Origin: Candidatus Adlerbacteria bacterium
GTDB lineage: Bacteria > Patescibacteriota > Minisyncoccia > Phycocordibacterales > SBAW01
Assembly (NCBI GenBank): GCA_963749085.1
Contig: CAVVLG010000003.1
Location: forward strand, 155,380 to 219,379
Direction of reading: 5' to 3'
Length of the DNA stretch: 64,000 bases
Each line of letters starts with the position of its first letter. Within the stretch, counting starts at the first letter, position 1. Positions 56,341-64,000 of the stretch are shown here, piece after piece. Under the pieces are notes generated by a model. The model was not told the DNA's origin. It made no database searches and was given only the letters and a program-made list of their open reading frames with translations. Made by a program: the position numbers and the translations under genes.

Positions 56341-56539
56341 TCTACTTCCCCACTAACTCCTTCCTCAACGCCTACTCGGGTGAGGAATAGAATGTGACCC
56401 AATCTATCGTTCGGAAGTCGTCTGCTGTAGCGAGGAGGGGCCCATCCTGGAGGCTGGAGTAGCTTACTTCACTGGTGAAGTATTTCCGTACTATTCCTTG
56501 ACAATACGTTTCATCAAGAGTAACCTTAGGTTGTCTGGT

Positions 56540-56566
56540 AACCGCCCCGAGTGGGTGGTTTTTTAG
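56540..56566 (+). promoter_or_regulatory. Hairpin plus T-run immediately upstream of nusA (attenuator-like leader element)
   Basis: aaccgccccgagtgggtggtt plus tttttag, 20 nt before nusA ATG; TTGACA box about 50 nt upstream. Confidence 0.4.
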
Positions 56567-56587
56567 TTCCAGAATAAAAAACATACT

Positions 56588-57820
56588 ATGTTTGATCTTA
56601 AAGTAATGAACTCCGTGTTGGGCGAGCTTGAGGAAGAGCGGGGTATTCCGCGCGAAAAAGTCATCGAGGCTATAGAGGCAGCACTCGCAACCGCTTACAA
56701 AAAAGAATACGCCAAGCGAGGACAAATAATCCGCGCCCATTTGGATTTAAATACCGGCACTACTGAATTTCAACAGGTAAAGGAAGTCGTCGACGAGAAT
56801 ACTGTTCGCTTTGTCGAGGAAGGCGAGGAGGAGCCTGGACCGAAACATTTTCACAGCGAGCGGCCACATCGCGAAGAAGTGTCGAAAGAACTCGCCGAAG
56901 GCGAAGTGGCGGAACTTCCACGCTTTAATCCAGAGCAGCACATCATGCTCGCGGACGCCAAACTCATCAAACGCGACGCGAAAGTAGGCGACGAGCTGGT
57001 GTTCCCTCTTGAGATGAAGGAGGAGTACGGACGCATCGCGGCGCAGACCGCCAAACAGGTCATCATTCAGAAGATCCGCGAGGCGGAGAAGGTATCTGTC
57101 GTAGCCGAATTCGGCCAGCGCCAGGGCGAAATAGTCTCCGGCACGGTACAGCGCATGGAGCGCGGTAATCTGTATGTGGACCTCGGCCGCGCAACCGGCA
57201 TCCTTCCCTATGACGAGCAGATACCTGGGGAGCGCTACCGCCAGGGAGAACGTATCCGTGCGCTTCTCTACCAAGTGGAGGAGTCTCCTCGCGGCATTTA
57301 CCTGCGTCTTTCCAGAGCGCATCCAAACTTCCTTGCGAAACTGTTTGAAATGGAAGCTCCCGAGGCCGCCCACGGCACAGTCGTGTTCAAGGCGATTGCA
57401 CGCGAGGCGGGCAGCCGCTCCAAAGTGGCGGTCGTCTCAACCGACGCGCACGTCGATCCGGTAGGCTCTCTCGTCGGCCAGCGCGGCGTACGCGTTTCCA
57501 CCGTTACCTCTGAGTTGGGAGGCGAGAAAATCGACATCGTGGAATGGTCGGAGGACACCAAACACTTTATAGAGGAAGCCCTATCTCCCGCGCGCATTAT
57601 GTCGGTTGAACTCGACGAGGCCGAGCACAAGGCGACCATAAAAGTTGCCGAGGACCAGCAGAGTTTGGCGATAGGACGCGGCGGACAAAATGTGCGCCTT
57701 GCGGCAAAGTTGACTGGTTGGCGTCTCGATATTCAATCTACCGGAGGTGCCAAAATAGCAGAGACGACTGAAACGGGAGAAGTGAAAGAGAAGGAAGCTG
57801 AAACTCCGGGCACTGAATAA
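56588..57820 (+). CDS. nusA: Transcription termination/antitermination factor NusA
   Basis: N-terminal domain, S1, two KH domains. Confidence 0.85.
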   Translation: MFDLKVMNSVLGELEEERGIPREKVIEAIEAALATAYKKEYAKRGQIIRAHLDLNTGTTEFQQVKEVVDENTVRFVEEGEEEPGPKHFHSERPHREEVSKELAEGEVAELPRFNPEQHIMLADAKLIKRDAKVGDELVFPLEMKEEYGRIAAQTAKQVIIQKIREAEKVSVVAEFGQRQGEIVSGTVQRMERGNLYVDLGRATGILPYDEQIPGERYRQGERIRALLYQVEESPRGIYLRLSRAHPNFLAKLFEMEAPEAAHGTVVFKAIAREAGSRSKVAVVSTDAHVDPVGSLVGQRGVRVSTVTSELGGEKIDIVEWSEDTKHFIEEALSPARIMSVELDEAEHKATIKVAEDQQSLAIGRGGQNVRLAAKLTGWRLDIQSTGGAKIAETTETGEVKEKEAETPGTE

Positions 57821-57847
57821 CTGAAATAATTACGTTATACTAGCCGT

Positions 57848-58384
57848 ATGAACCTCTGGCACGATATACCCTTGGGCGATGATGCTCCTGATGAGATAAA
57901 CGTCATTATTGAAATCCCGAAGGGCTCGCATAATAAGTACGAGATAGATAAAGAAACAGGACTTATTAAGCTCGACCGGGCGAACTATTCCGACGCCGCA
58001 TTCCCCTATGATTATGGTTTTGCTCCCCAGACGCTGTGGGATGACGGGGACGCGCTCGACGTCATTGTGCTTACCACCTACCCCCTCCAGACCGGCATTT
58101 TAGTGAACGTGAGGCCGGTCGCGGTCATGGACATGGTTGATTCTGGTGAATCCGATTTCAAGATTATCGCCGTCCCCACCGAAGATAAACGGTGGGAAGA
58201 TGTACAGGATTTGGGCGATGTAAATAAGCATTCTCTCAAAGAATTCCAGCACTTTTTGGAAACGTATAAGGCGCTCAAAGGCAAACCCGCTCCAGTTGAG
58301 ATACAGGGCATCTATGGAAAAACCGAAGCTATCGCAGCGGTTAAGAAATCGGTGGATCTCTACAAGAAAAAATTCCAAAAATAG
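57848..58384 (+). CDS. ppa: Inorganic pyrophosphatase (family I)
   Basis: IEIPKGS.NKYE, DGDALDV. Confidence 0.85.
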   Translation: MNLWHDIPLGDDAPDEINVIIEIPKGSHNKYEIDKETGLIKLDRANYSDAAFPYDYGFAPQTLWDDGDALDVIVLTTYPLQTGILVNVRPVAVMDMVDSGESDFKIIAVPTEDKRWEDVQDLGDVNKHSLKEFQHFLETYKALKGKPAPVEIQGIYGKTEAIAAVKKSVDLYKKKFQK

Positions 58385-58402
58385 TCCTGTGGATAAGCGC
58401 GC

Positions 58403-58606
58403 ATGCGCTATACTACTAAGGATATGGATGACGCTCCCCGATCTGAACAGGAACAAAAGGGGGGCGTAGGTCCGTTCGTCGGCATCATTATCGTGGTCGT
58501 ATTAGTTGCGCTCGGCGGCCTCTATCTGGTACTGCAGGAAATTAAATTGCACCAAACTCCCACTCCGGAGAATGTGCCGGCGCAGACCGGACAAGAAAGC
58601 TCGTAG
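58403..58606 (+). CDS. Small single-TM protein
   Basis: 67-aa ORF with central hydrophobic helix. Confidence 0.3.
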   Translation: MRYTTKDMDDAPRSEQEQKGGVGPFVGIIIVVVLVALGGLYLVLQEIKLHQTPTPENVPAQTGQESS

Positions 58607-58638
58607 CGAAATACTAGGGGTGTGATAGTATCCGTTGG

Positions 58639-59691
58639 ATGAAATTCGAAGAACTGGCAAAATCCTTCACAAAAAAGGAATTGCCGGAGTCAGAGGTTGA
58701 ATTGAGCGGTGACGTACCCGCCGACACAATCGCGCAGTATCGCGAGGCTGCACTTCTCCATATCGCAGAGGAGCTCAACCTGTCGGGATTTCGCAAAGGC
58801 CACGTGCCGCCTGACATCGCGCTCAAAAAAGTCGGCGAAGTCGCCGCGCTTGAAGAAGCGGTCGAGCTTTTTGTGCGGGACTTTTATCCCGAGCTTATCG
58901 ACGTACAAAAAATAGACGCGGTCGGTCGGCCCGACATCCGCATAACCAAACTTGCGCCACAAAATCCTGTGGGGCTTCTGATACGCGCGAGTGTTTACCC
59001 GCAGGTGACACTGCCTAACAATTGGAAAACTACCGGCGAGAACATACAGCTCGAACCGGTGCCGTCGGCAACAGAGGAGGAGGTGAACAAAACGCTTGAG
59101 GATGTGCGCCAAAGCCGGGCCAAACCGAATGAGCTTCTCGACACCGAAGGCAAACCGCTGCCTCCGACCTTGCCAGAACTCAATGATGATTTCGCAAAAT
59201 CAGTGGGTGCTTTCGAAAATATCGATGCACTCAAGGCGCAAATTAGAAAAGGCATAGGAGAGGAAAAGGAACGCGCCGAACACGATAAGCGCCGAGGCAA
59301 CATAGTCGATGCGCTACTTGAGAATACTGCAGTTGACGTGCCGCGAATATTTATTGAAAGCGAACAGGACAAAATAATCTCACAGATGCGTGAAGATGTC
59401 GCACGTTTCGGCCTTTCCTTTGAGGATTATCTGAAACAATCGAAAAAAACCGAAGAGAGTGTGCGCAACGACTTTCGTGAACAGGCGGCAAAGCGTGCCA
59501 AGCTCCAATTGACGCTCAATAAAATAGCGGACGAAGAAAAGATAGGGGTCGACAAAGAAGCGGTTACTACCGAAATGAAACAGGCGCTGGAACACTTCCC
59601 TAATGCGCGGCCTGAGCTCTTAAGAATTCATATAGAAACCGTCTTGAGAAACGAAAAAGTTTTGAAGCTACTTGAAGAAGTTAAGAAATAG
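58639..59691 (+). CDS. tig: Trigger factor (short, 350 aa)
   Basis: GFRKGHVP ribosome-binding signature; upstream of clpP. Confidence 0.7.
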   Translation: MKFEELAKSFTKKELPESEVELSGDVPADTIAQYREAALLHIAEELNLSGFRKGHVPPDIALKKVGEVAALEEAVELFVRDFYPELIDVQKIDAVGRPDIRITKLAPQNPVGLLIRASVYPQVTLPNNWKTTGENIQLEPVPSATEEEVNKTLEDVRQSRAKPNELLDTEGKPLPPTLPELNDDFAKSVGAFENIDALKAQIRKGIGEEKERAEHDKRRGNIVDALLENTAVDVPRIFIESEQDKIISQMREDVARFGLSFEDYLKQSKKTEESVRNDFREQAAKRAKLQLTLNKIADEEKIGVDKEAVTTEMKQALEHFPNARPELLRIHIETVLRNEKVLKLLEEVKK

Positions 59692-59706
59692 GAGTAGAGT
59701 TCACCC

Positions 59707-60336
59707 ATGCAAAACAAGAAAACAGAACTATACGATCAACTCGTGCCCATGGTCATTGAAAAATCGCCTTTTGGGGAGCGAGCTTTCGATATTTATTCAC
59801 GCCTTCTTAAGGAACGTATTATCTTCCTTGCCGGGCCCATTGAGGATCATACGGCGAATCTCGTCATTGCCCAGCTTCTCTTTCTGGAATCCGAGGACCC
59901 GAAGAAAGATATCCAGCTGTATATAAACTCTCCCGGAGGCTCAGTGAGTGCCGGCCTCGCAATGCTCGACACGATGAATCACATCAAGCCCGACGTGGCG
60001 ACTGTGTGCGTGGGTATAGCGGCTTCAGCAGCGGCCATCATTCTCGCCGCAGGACATAAGGGTAAGCGCTTCGCACTTCCCAATGCCGAAGTGATGATCC
60101 ATCAGCCGTGGGGTGGCGCACAAGGCCAGGCGACTGACATTGAGATAACTGCCAAGCACATTATCGCGACCCGCGAGCGACTCAACAAAATTTTAGCAAA
60201 AGCGACTGGGCAGCCGCTCGAGAAAGTAGAAAAGGACGTTGATCGAGACTACTTCATGAGCGCCGAGGAGGCTAAAAAGTACGGCATTATAGACGAAATC
60301 TTCACCCAAAAAGGGGTTACTAGCCTTAAAAAATAA
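59707..60336 (+). CDS. clpP: ATP-dependent Clp protease proteolytic subunit
   Basis: Ser-His-Asp triad context GGSVSAG, MIHQP. Confidence 0.9.
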   Translation: MQNKKTELYDQLVPMVIEKSPFGERAFDIYSRLLKERIIFLAGPIEDHTANLVIAQLLFLESEDPKKDIQLYINSPGGSVSAGLAMLDTMNHIKPDVATVCVGIAASAAAIILAAGHKGKRFALPNAEVMIHQPWGGAQGQATDIEITAKHIIATRERLNKILAKATGQPLEKVEKDVDRDYFMSAEEAKKYGIIDEIFTQKGVTSLKK

Positions 60337-60547
60337 AAGCGTTGCACGAGGAAGCCTTTTCTGCTACTCTAAGGGTGTTCTAGTGCCTATCAATTTTTGT
60401 TATCAAAAGTTTAGTCAATTCCCGTCCCGCTAGCTTCTTATAAACTTTACGAATTTCTCTGTGAACACGGCAGCCATGTTCAGTAGCGCGCACCTCACAG
60501 TAACCGTCTAGTACGGGGGTCTAGCGGTTTGGGAAACCAAATCGCCT

Positions 60548-62077
60548 ATGTCATTAAAACTATTGTTCTCGCTTCTCGGGGCCGCAGCGCTGTTGGGCGC
60601 GGTCATCGGCTACGTGTTCCGCTGGCTTCTGGTCCTGTCGCGCAAAGGCTCCATTGAAGTTGAGATAAAGCAGATACTGCTCGATGCGCGCGAAAAAGCG
60701 GAGAAAATAACCGCCGAGGCGGAGGCCGCGGCGCGAGAAAAACTTGCGCTCGCTGAAATAGACCTCAAAGAAAAAGAGGAAAAAATAACGCGTGCCGAGG
60801 AGCGGGTTTTTAAGCGTGAAGAAGCGCTTGATAAAAAACAAGGGGAGCTCGATTCTGAAATCCAGGCCGTCAAAGGAAAAATAGAGGAAGTGCGGATGAT
60901 AAAAGAAAAGGCCGAGGCACTTTTAAGCGAGCGCTCAAACGAACTCGCCAAGGTCGCGGGGCTCACCAAAGAGCAAGCCAAGCTACAGCTTCTTGCGGAA
61001 CTTGAGCGTGAATCCGGAGAGGACCTTATGATGCGCCTCGCCAAGCTTGAGCGCGACGGGCAGGAGAAACTCGAGCGACGCGCCAAGGAAATAATTACCA
61101 CGGCCATACACCGTCTCGGCAACTCGGTTGCCTCCGACACCATGGCAACGGCAGTTACTATTCCCAATGATGAAATAAAGGGGAAAATAATAGGTAAGGA
61201 GGGCCGCAACATCAAGGCGTTCGAGCGCGCAACCGGAGTAGAGGTCATCATTGACGATACTCCGGGTTCTATCGTCCTTTCCTCCTATGATCCGGTACGC
61301 CGCGCGGTCGCGCGAGTCGCATTGGAGAATTTGATAATCGACGGCCGCATACAGCCTGCCAAAATCGAAGAAGTAGTCGAAAAGGCTAAGAATGAGATAA
61401 ATAAAATAATCAAAGAAAAGGCTGAGGCGGCCGCCTTTGAGGTCGGGGTGCTCAATCTTGACCCGCGGCTTATGCAAATCTTGGGCCGCCTTTACTTCCG
61501 CACTTCCTACGGACAATCAGTGCTCCAACACAGCGTTGAGATGGCACATATCTCCGGCATGATAGCCGAGGAGATAGGTGCCAATCCGGCCGTGGCTCGC
61601 GCGGGGGCACTCCTTCATGACATTGGCAAAGCGCTCGATCACGAGGTCCAGGGAACGCACGTTGAAATTGGCCGCAGGGTTTTGCAGAAATTCGGTGTTT
61701 CGGAGGAAGTGGTCAAGGCAATGCAAGCGCACCATGAAGAATATCCGTATGAGACTGTTGAGAGTGTTATCGTTCAAGTTGCGGATGCAATCTCAGGCGG
61801 CCGCCCCGGTGCACGACGCGACTCGGTTGAAAATTATCTCAAACGACTCGCTGATATCGAGCAGATTGCAAACTCATTTACTGGGGTGGAAAAATCCTAT
61901 GCCATTTCAGCCGGTCGTGAAGTACGTGTGTTCGTCAAACCGGATGAAATGTCGGACTTTGCCGCTCGCGAGCTCGCACGCAATATAGCACTGCGTATCG
62001 AAAATGACCTCAAATACCCAGGGGAGATAAAAGTGTTAGTTATCCGCGAGACTCGCGCTATCGAATTTGCCCGATAA
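60548..62077 (+). CDS. rny: Ribonuclease Y
   Basis: N-terminal TM, coiled coil, KH (GKIIGKEGRNI), HD domain (LLHDIGK). Confidence 0.85.
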   Translation: MSLKLLFSLLGAAALLGAVIGYVFRWLLVLSRKGSIEVEIKQILLDAREKAEKITAEAEAAAREKLALAEIDLKEKEEKITRAEERVFKREEALDKKQGELDSEIQAVKGKIEEVRMIKEKAEALLSERSNELAKVAGLTKEQAKLQLLAELERESGEDLMMRLAKLERDGQEKLERRAKEIITTAIHRLGNSVASDTMATAVTIPNDEIKGKIIGKEGRNIKAFERATGVEVIIDDTPGSIVLSSYDPVRRAVARVALENLIIDGRIQPAKIEEVVEKAKNEINKIIKEKAEAAAFEVGVLNLDPRLMQILGRLYFRTSYGQSVLQHSVEMAHISGMIAEEIGANPAVARAGALLHDIGKALDHEVQGTHVEIGRRVLQKFGVSEEVVKAMQAHHEEYPYETVESVIVQVADAISGGRPGARRDSVENYLKRLADIEQIANSFTGVEKSYAISAGREVRVFVKPDEMSDFAARELARNIALRIENDLKYPGEIKVLVIRETRAIEFAR

Positions 62078-62157
62078 GCTATTTTGGGCTTTCGGTATTT
62101 GCATTCTATCTGCATTAGACGTATGGCCTTTGCAGCTTGGTCTATCGCATAACTCTA

Positions 62158-63004
62158 GAACCAATCTCAAAAATACCGTTGTAGACTAAAGGCACAGGGC
62201 GTTACCCGTAATTTGCCTGCCCATGCCTCTCACCAACGAGCAGTGGAGCGTCATCGCTCCGTTTGTCACACCCCTCAAGCGTTTGGAAACCCGCGGCCGT
62301 CCCCGGCAGGACGACCGCAAGATACTGGAAGGTATCCTCTGGGCACTGAAGACCGGCGCCCAGTGGAAGCACCTGCCGAAAGACTACCCGCCCTACCAGA
62401 CCTGCCATCGCAGGTTCCAGCAGTGGGTGGAGAGCGGCGCCTTTGACCGCATCGTCGAAGCCCTGGCCATGGACATGGAATACCGGGGGCGCATCAAGCT
62501 CAGGAGCTGCTTTCTCGATGCCACCTTCGCGGGGGCAAAAAAGGGGGTCTTGGCGTGGGACCCACGAAGCGTGGGAAAGGCACCAAGATCATGGCGATTG
62601 CGGACGAAGGCTCTCTTCCAGTCGCCGTCTATGTGGCCTCTGCTTCTCCGAGCGAAGTCCGGTTGGTTGAAGACACGCTTGCCCGGCGATTTACCCGACA
62701 GAATCCGCTTCGCCTCACGGCTGACCGAGCATATGATTCCGATCCGCTGGATGGAACGCTCCTGAACAAATACCGCATCAAACTCATTTCACCGCATCGC
62801 AGAGGCCGGGTGCGCAGAGCAACACAGGACGGCAGGGCGCTGCGCTCCTACAAGCGCCGGTGGAAGATTGAGCGGCTGTTCGCGTGGATGCACAACTGGA
62901 GAAAGCTCGTGACTCGCTACGAATACAAACTGCAGAACTTTGCCGCCTTCGTGAAGCTCGCGTGCATCATGCTATTACTCAAACATTATTTTTGAGACTG
63001 GTTC
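62158..63004 (+). mobile_element. IS5-family (IS427/IS1031 group) insertion sequence, about 847 bp, with TA target-site duplication
   Basis: Terminal inverted repeats gaaccaatctcaaaaata (62158-) and tatttttgagactggttc (-63004); TA at 62156-62157 and 63005-63006; GC-rich relative to flanks. Confidence 0.8.
62223..62995 (+). CDS. IS5/IS427-family DDE transposase, two overlapping frames joined by programmed -1 frameshift
   Basis: orfA 62223-62765 and orfB 62555-62995; slippery AAAAAAG at 62537-62543; YKRRWKIERLFAWM C-terminal signature. Confidence 0.8.
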
Positions 63005-63016
63005 TAGGAGGCACCC

Positions 63017-63472
63017 GTGGTTCCAGACACCGTCATAGGAGTGGGATTCAGTAATCTATGTGTTCTGAAGGTAAGGGATTTGCTCACCGCGAATGTAGGC
63101 GACCGAGTCCTGGTCACGCCAATCTTTAATGTTCACGACGAACCTCGACCATATGACTTGGGGAAACAGGAGGCTCAAGAAATAGCTGTTAAGTTGTCGA
63201 GGCAATATAAAGCGTCTCTCTCAATTGGAATCATATGCGTAACGTTCCACTCACCGAACCCAAAATTCGTGGGGGCAAAAGTAGACATTGCCACGATCAT
63301 CGAAAGAGGGGTGCTCTTAGAACGCGAGGTACCACTCAACCCCATCTCCTGCAAACGCGCCGCACTTGGTCGATCGATACATGAAGCCCTCTATGCTCAT
63401 GAAGCGGCCGAAACCCTGGTAGAGCTAGTCAAAACTCGTAGACGAGGCCTGCTACTCGAACACATCGGCTAA
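63017..63472 (+). CDS. Hypothetical protein (151 aa), GTG start with AGGAGG RBS spanning the IS right junction
   Basis: ctaggaggcacccGTG; no family assigned. Confidence 0.35.
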   Translation: MVPDTVIGVGFSNLCVLKVRDLLTANVGDRVLVTPIFNVHDEPRPYDLGKQEAQEIAVKLSRQYKASLSIGIICVTFHSPNPKFVGAKVDIATIIERGVLLEREVPLNPISCKRAALGRSIHEALYAHEAAETLVELVKTRRRGLLLEHIG

Positions 63473-63667
63473 AAAATCCTCAAAAAAGCTCCTTTCTTTG
63501 GGGCTTTTCTTTATATTTTAGGGCTTTATTGGGTAGTAGTAATATTTAGCCTTATTTATCAACATTTTATACACAGGATCAATCTAAGTGGCTCTATTGC
63601 AGGGTTTTTGGCGAGGCGTATACTACCTCCTGCAGGGTTTGAACCATTATTCGTCATTTAAACGCAT

Positions 63668-63940
63668 ATGAATAAACAGGATATAGCGGAAAAAGTGCAC
63701 ACCGTCTTGGGTAGCACCAAGGCCGATGCAGAGCGCGCGGTTGAGGCAATGATAGAGACCATAGTTTCTTCGCTCAAGAAGAACGAAGATGTCTCTATAG
63801 CTGGTCTCGGCATCTTTAAGACCAAAATGCGCGCGGCTCGTACGGCGCGCAATCCGCGCACGGGTGCTTCTGTCCACGTGCCCTCCATGCGCGTGCCGAA
63901 GTTCCAGGCCGCCAAGGCTCTCAAGGAAGCAGTCAGGTAA
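63668..63940 (+). CDS. hup: DNA-binding protein HU
   Basis: Full-length HU/IHF-family similarity, GLGIFK...RNPRTG. Confidence 0.85.
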   Translation: MNKQDIAEKVHTVLGSTKADAERAVEAMIETIVSSLKKNEDVSIAGLGIFKTKMRAARTARNPRTGASVHVPSMRVPKFQAAKALKEAVR

Positions 63941-63965
63941 GTTTTAAGTATCCTCTCGAAACGAA

Positions 63966-63992
63966 AGGGTCCCCCACGGGGGATTTTTTCGT
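63966..63992 (+). terminator. Rho-independent terminator
   Basis: ggtcccccacgggggat plus tttttcg. Confidence 0.6.
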
Positions 63993-64000
63993 TTGTGGTG

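Noticed and set aside
56372-56740. Minus-strand 122-aa ORF overlapping the nusA start
   Set aside because: It overlaps the nusA N-terminus and its leader hairpins. It has no family match, so it is likely spurious.

Overview
This 64-kb window looks like a compact bacterial genome, most plausibly from a Patescibacteria/CPR-like organism. The evidence for that placement is the absence of an L30 gene between rpsE and rplO, the long low-complexity extensions on S5, S10 and S19, and the short trigger factor and PGK genes.

Most of the window is housekeeping:
- recG, ftsH and smpB, with a tmRNA gene (ssrA) directly downstream of smpB.
- infC-rpmI-rplT.
- ndk, map, adk and secY.
- The str/S10/spc ribosomal-protein clusters on the minus strand, from rpsL through fusA, tuf and rpsJ down to rpsZ and rplO.
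- sodA, rnhA, recJ, a HIT-family gene, pgk, tpiA, a PilB-type ATPase, nusA, ppa, tig-clpP, rny and hup.

Four regions stand out:
1. A roughly 6-kb island (about 29200-35150) splits the normally contiguous spc operon between rplE (L5) and rpsZ (S14). It carries a stand-alone cas1-cas2 pair on the same strand as the r-protein genes. Cas1 has a strong signature; Cas2 is weaker. No regular CRISPR array or effector gene is visible.
   - A 38-bp perfect direct repeat (29400-29437 and 33679-33716) bounds a 4.3-kb block. A degenerate third copy sits 100 nt from the second repeat.
   - Inside the block are a PRTase-domain protein, sigma-70-like region-2 and region-4 helix-turn-helix proteins that include a 165-nt near-identical internal duplication, and a tail-anchored hypothetical protein.
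2. Immediately downstream of the tmRNA is a low-GC, repeat-rich region (about 13070-16200). It contains two 130-nt structured repeats with compensatory base changes, each followed by a near-consensus sigma-70 promoter and a small ORF, and several small membrane-protein genes.
3. Two insertion sequences are present: an IS200/IS605 TnpA-only element at 455-1030 and an IS5/IS427-type element at 62158-63004. The IS5 element has a programmed -1 frameshift and TA target duplications.
4. Small foreign-looking cassettes sit inside the r-protein clusters: a ribbon-helix-helix gene between rplB and rpsS, and a small membrane ORF between rpsG and fusA. Intrinsic terminators follow rpsJ, rplB and rplE.

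A tRNA with anticodon UAU (Ile, AUA-decoding) lies at 8264-8337.

All calls come from reading the sequence and the six-frame ORF track. No database searches were run.
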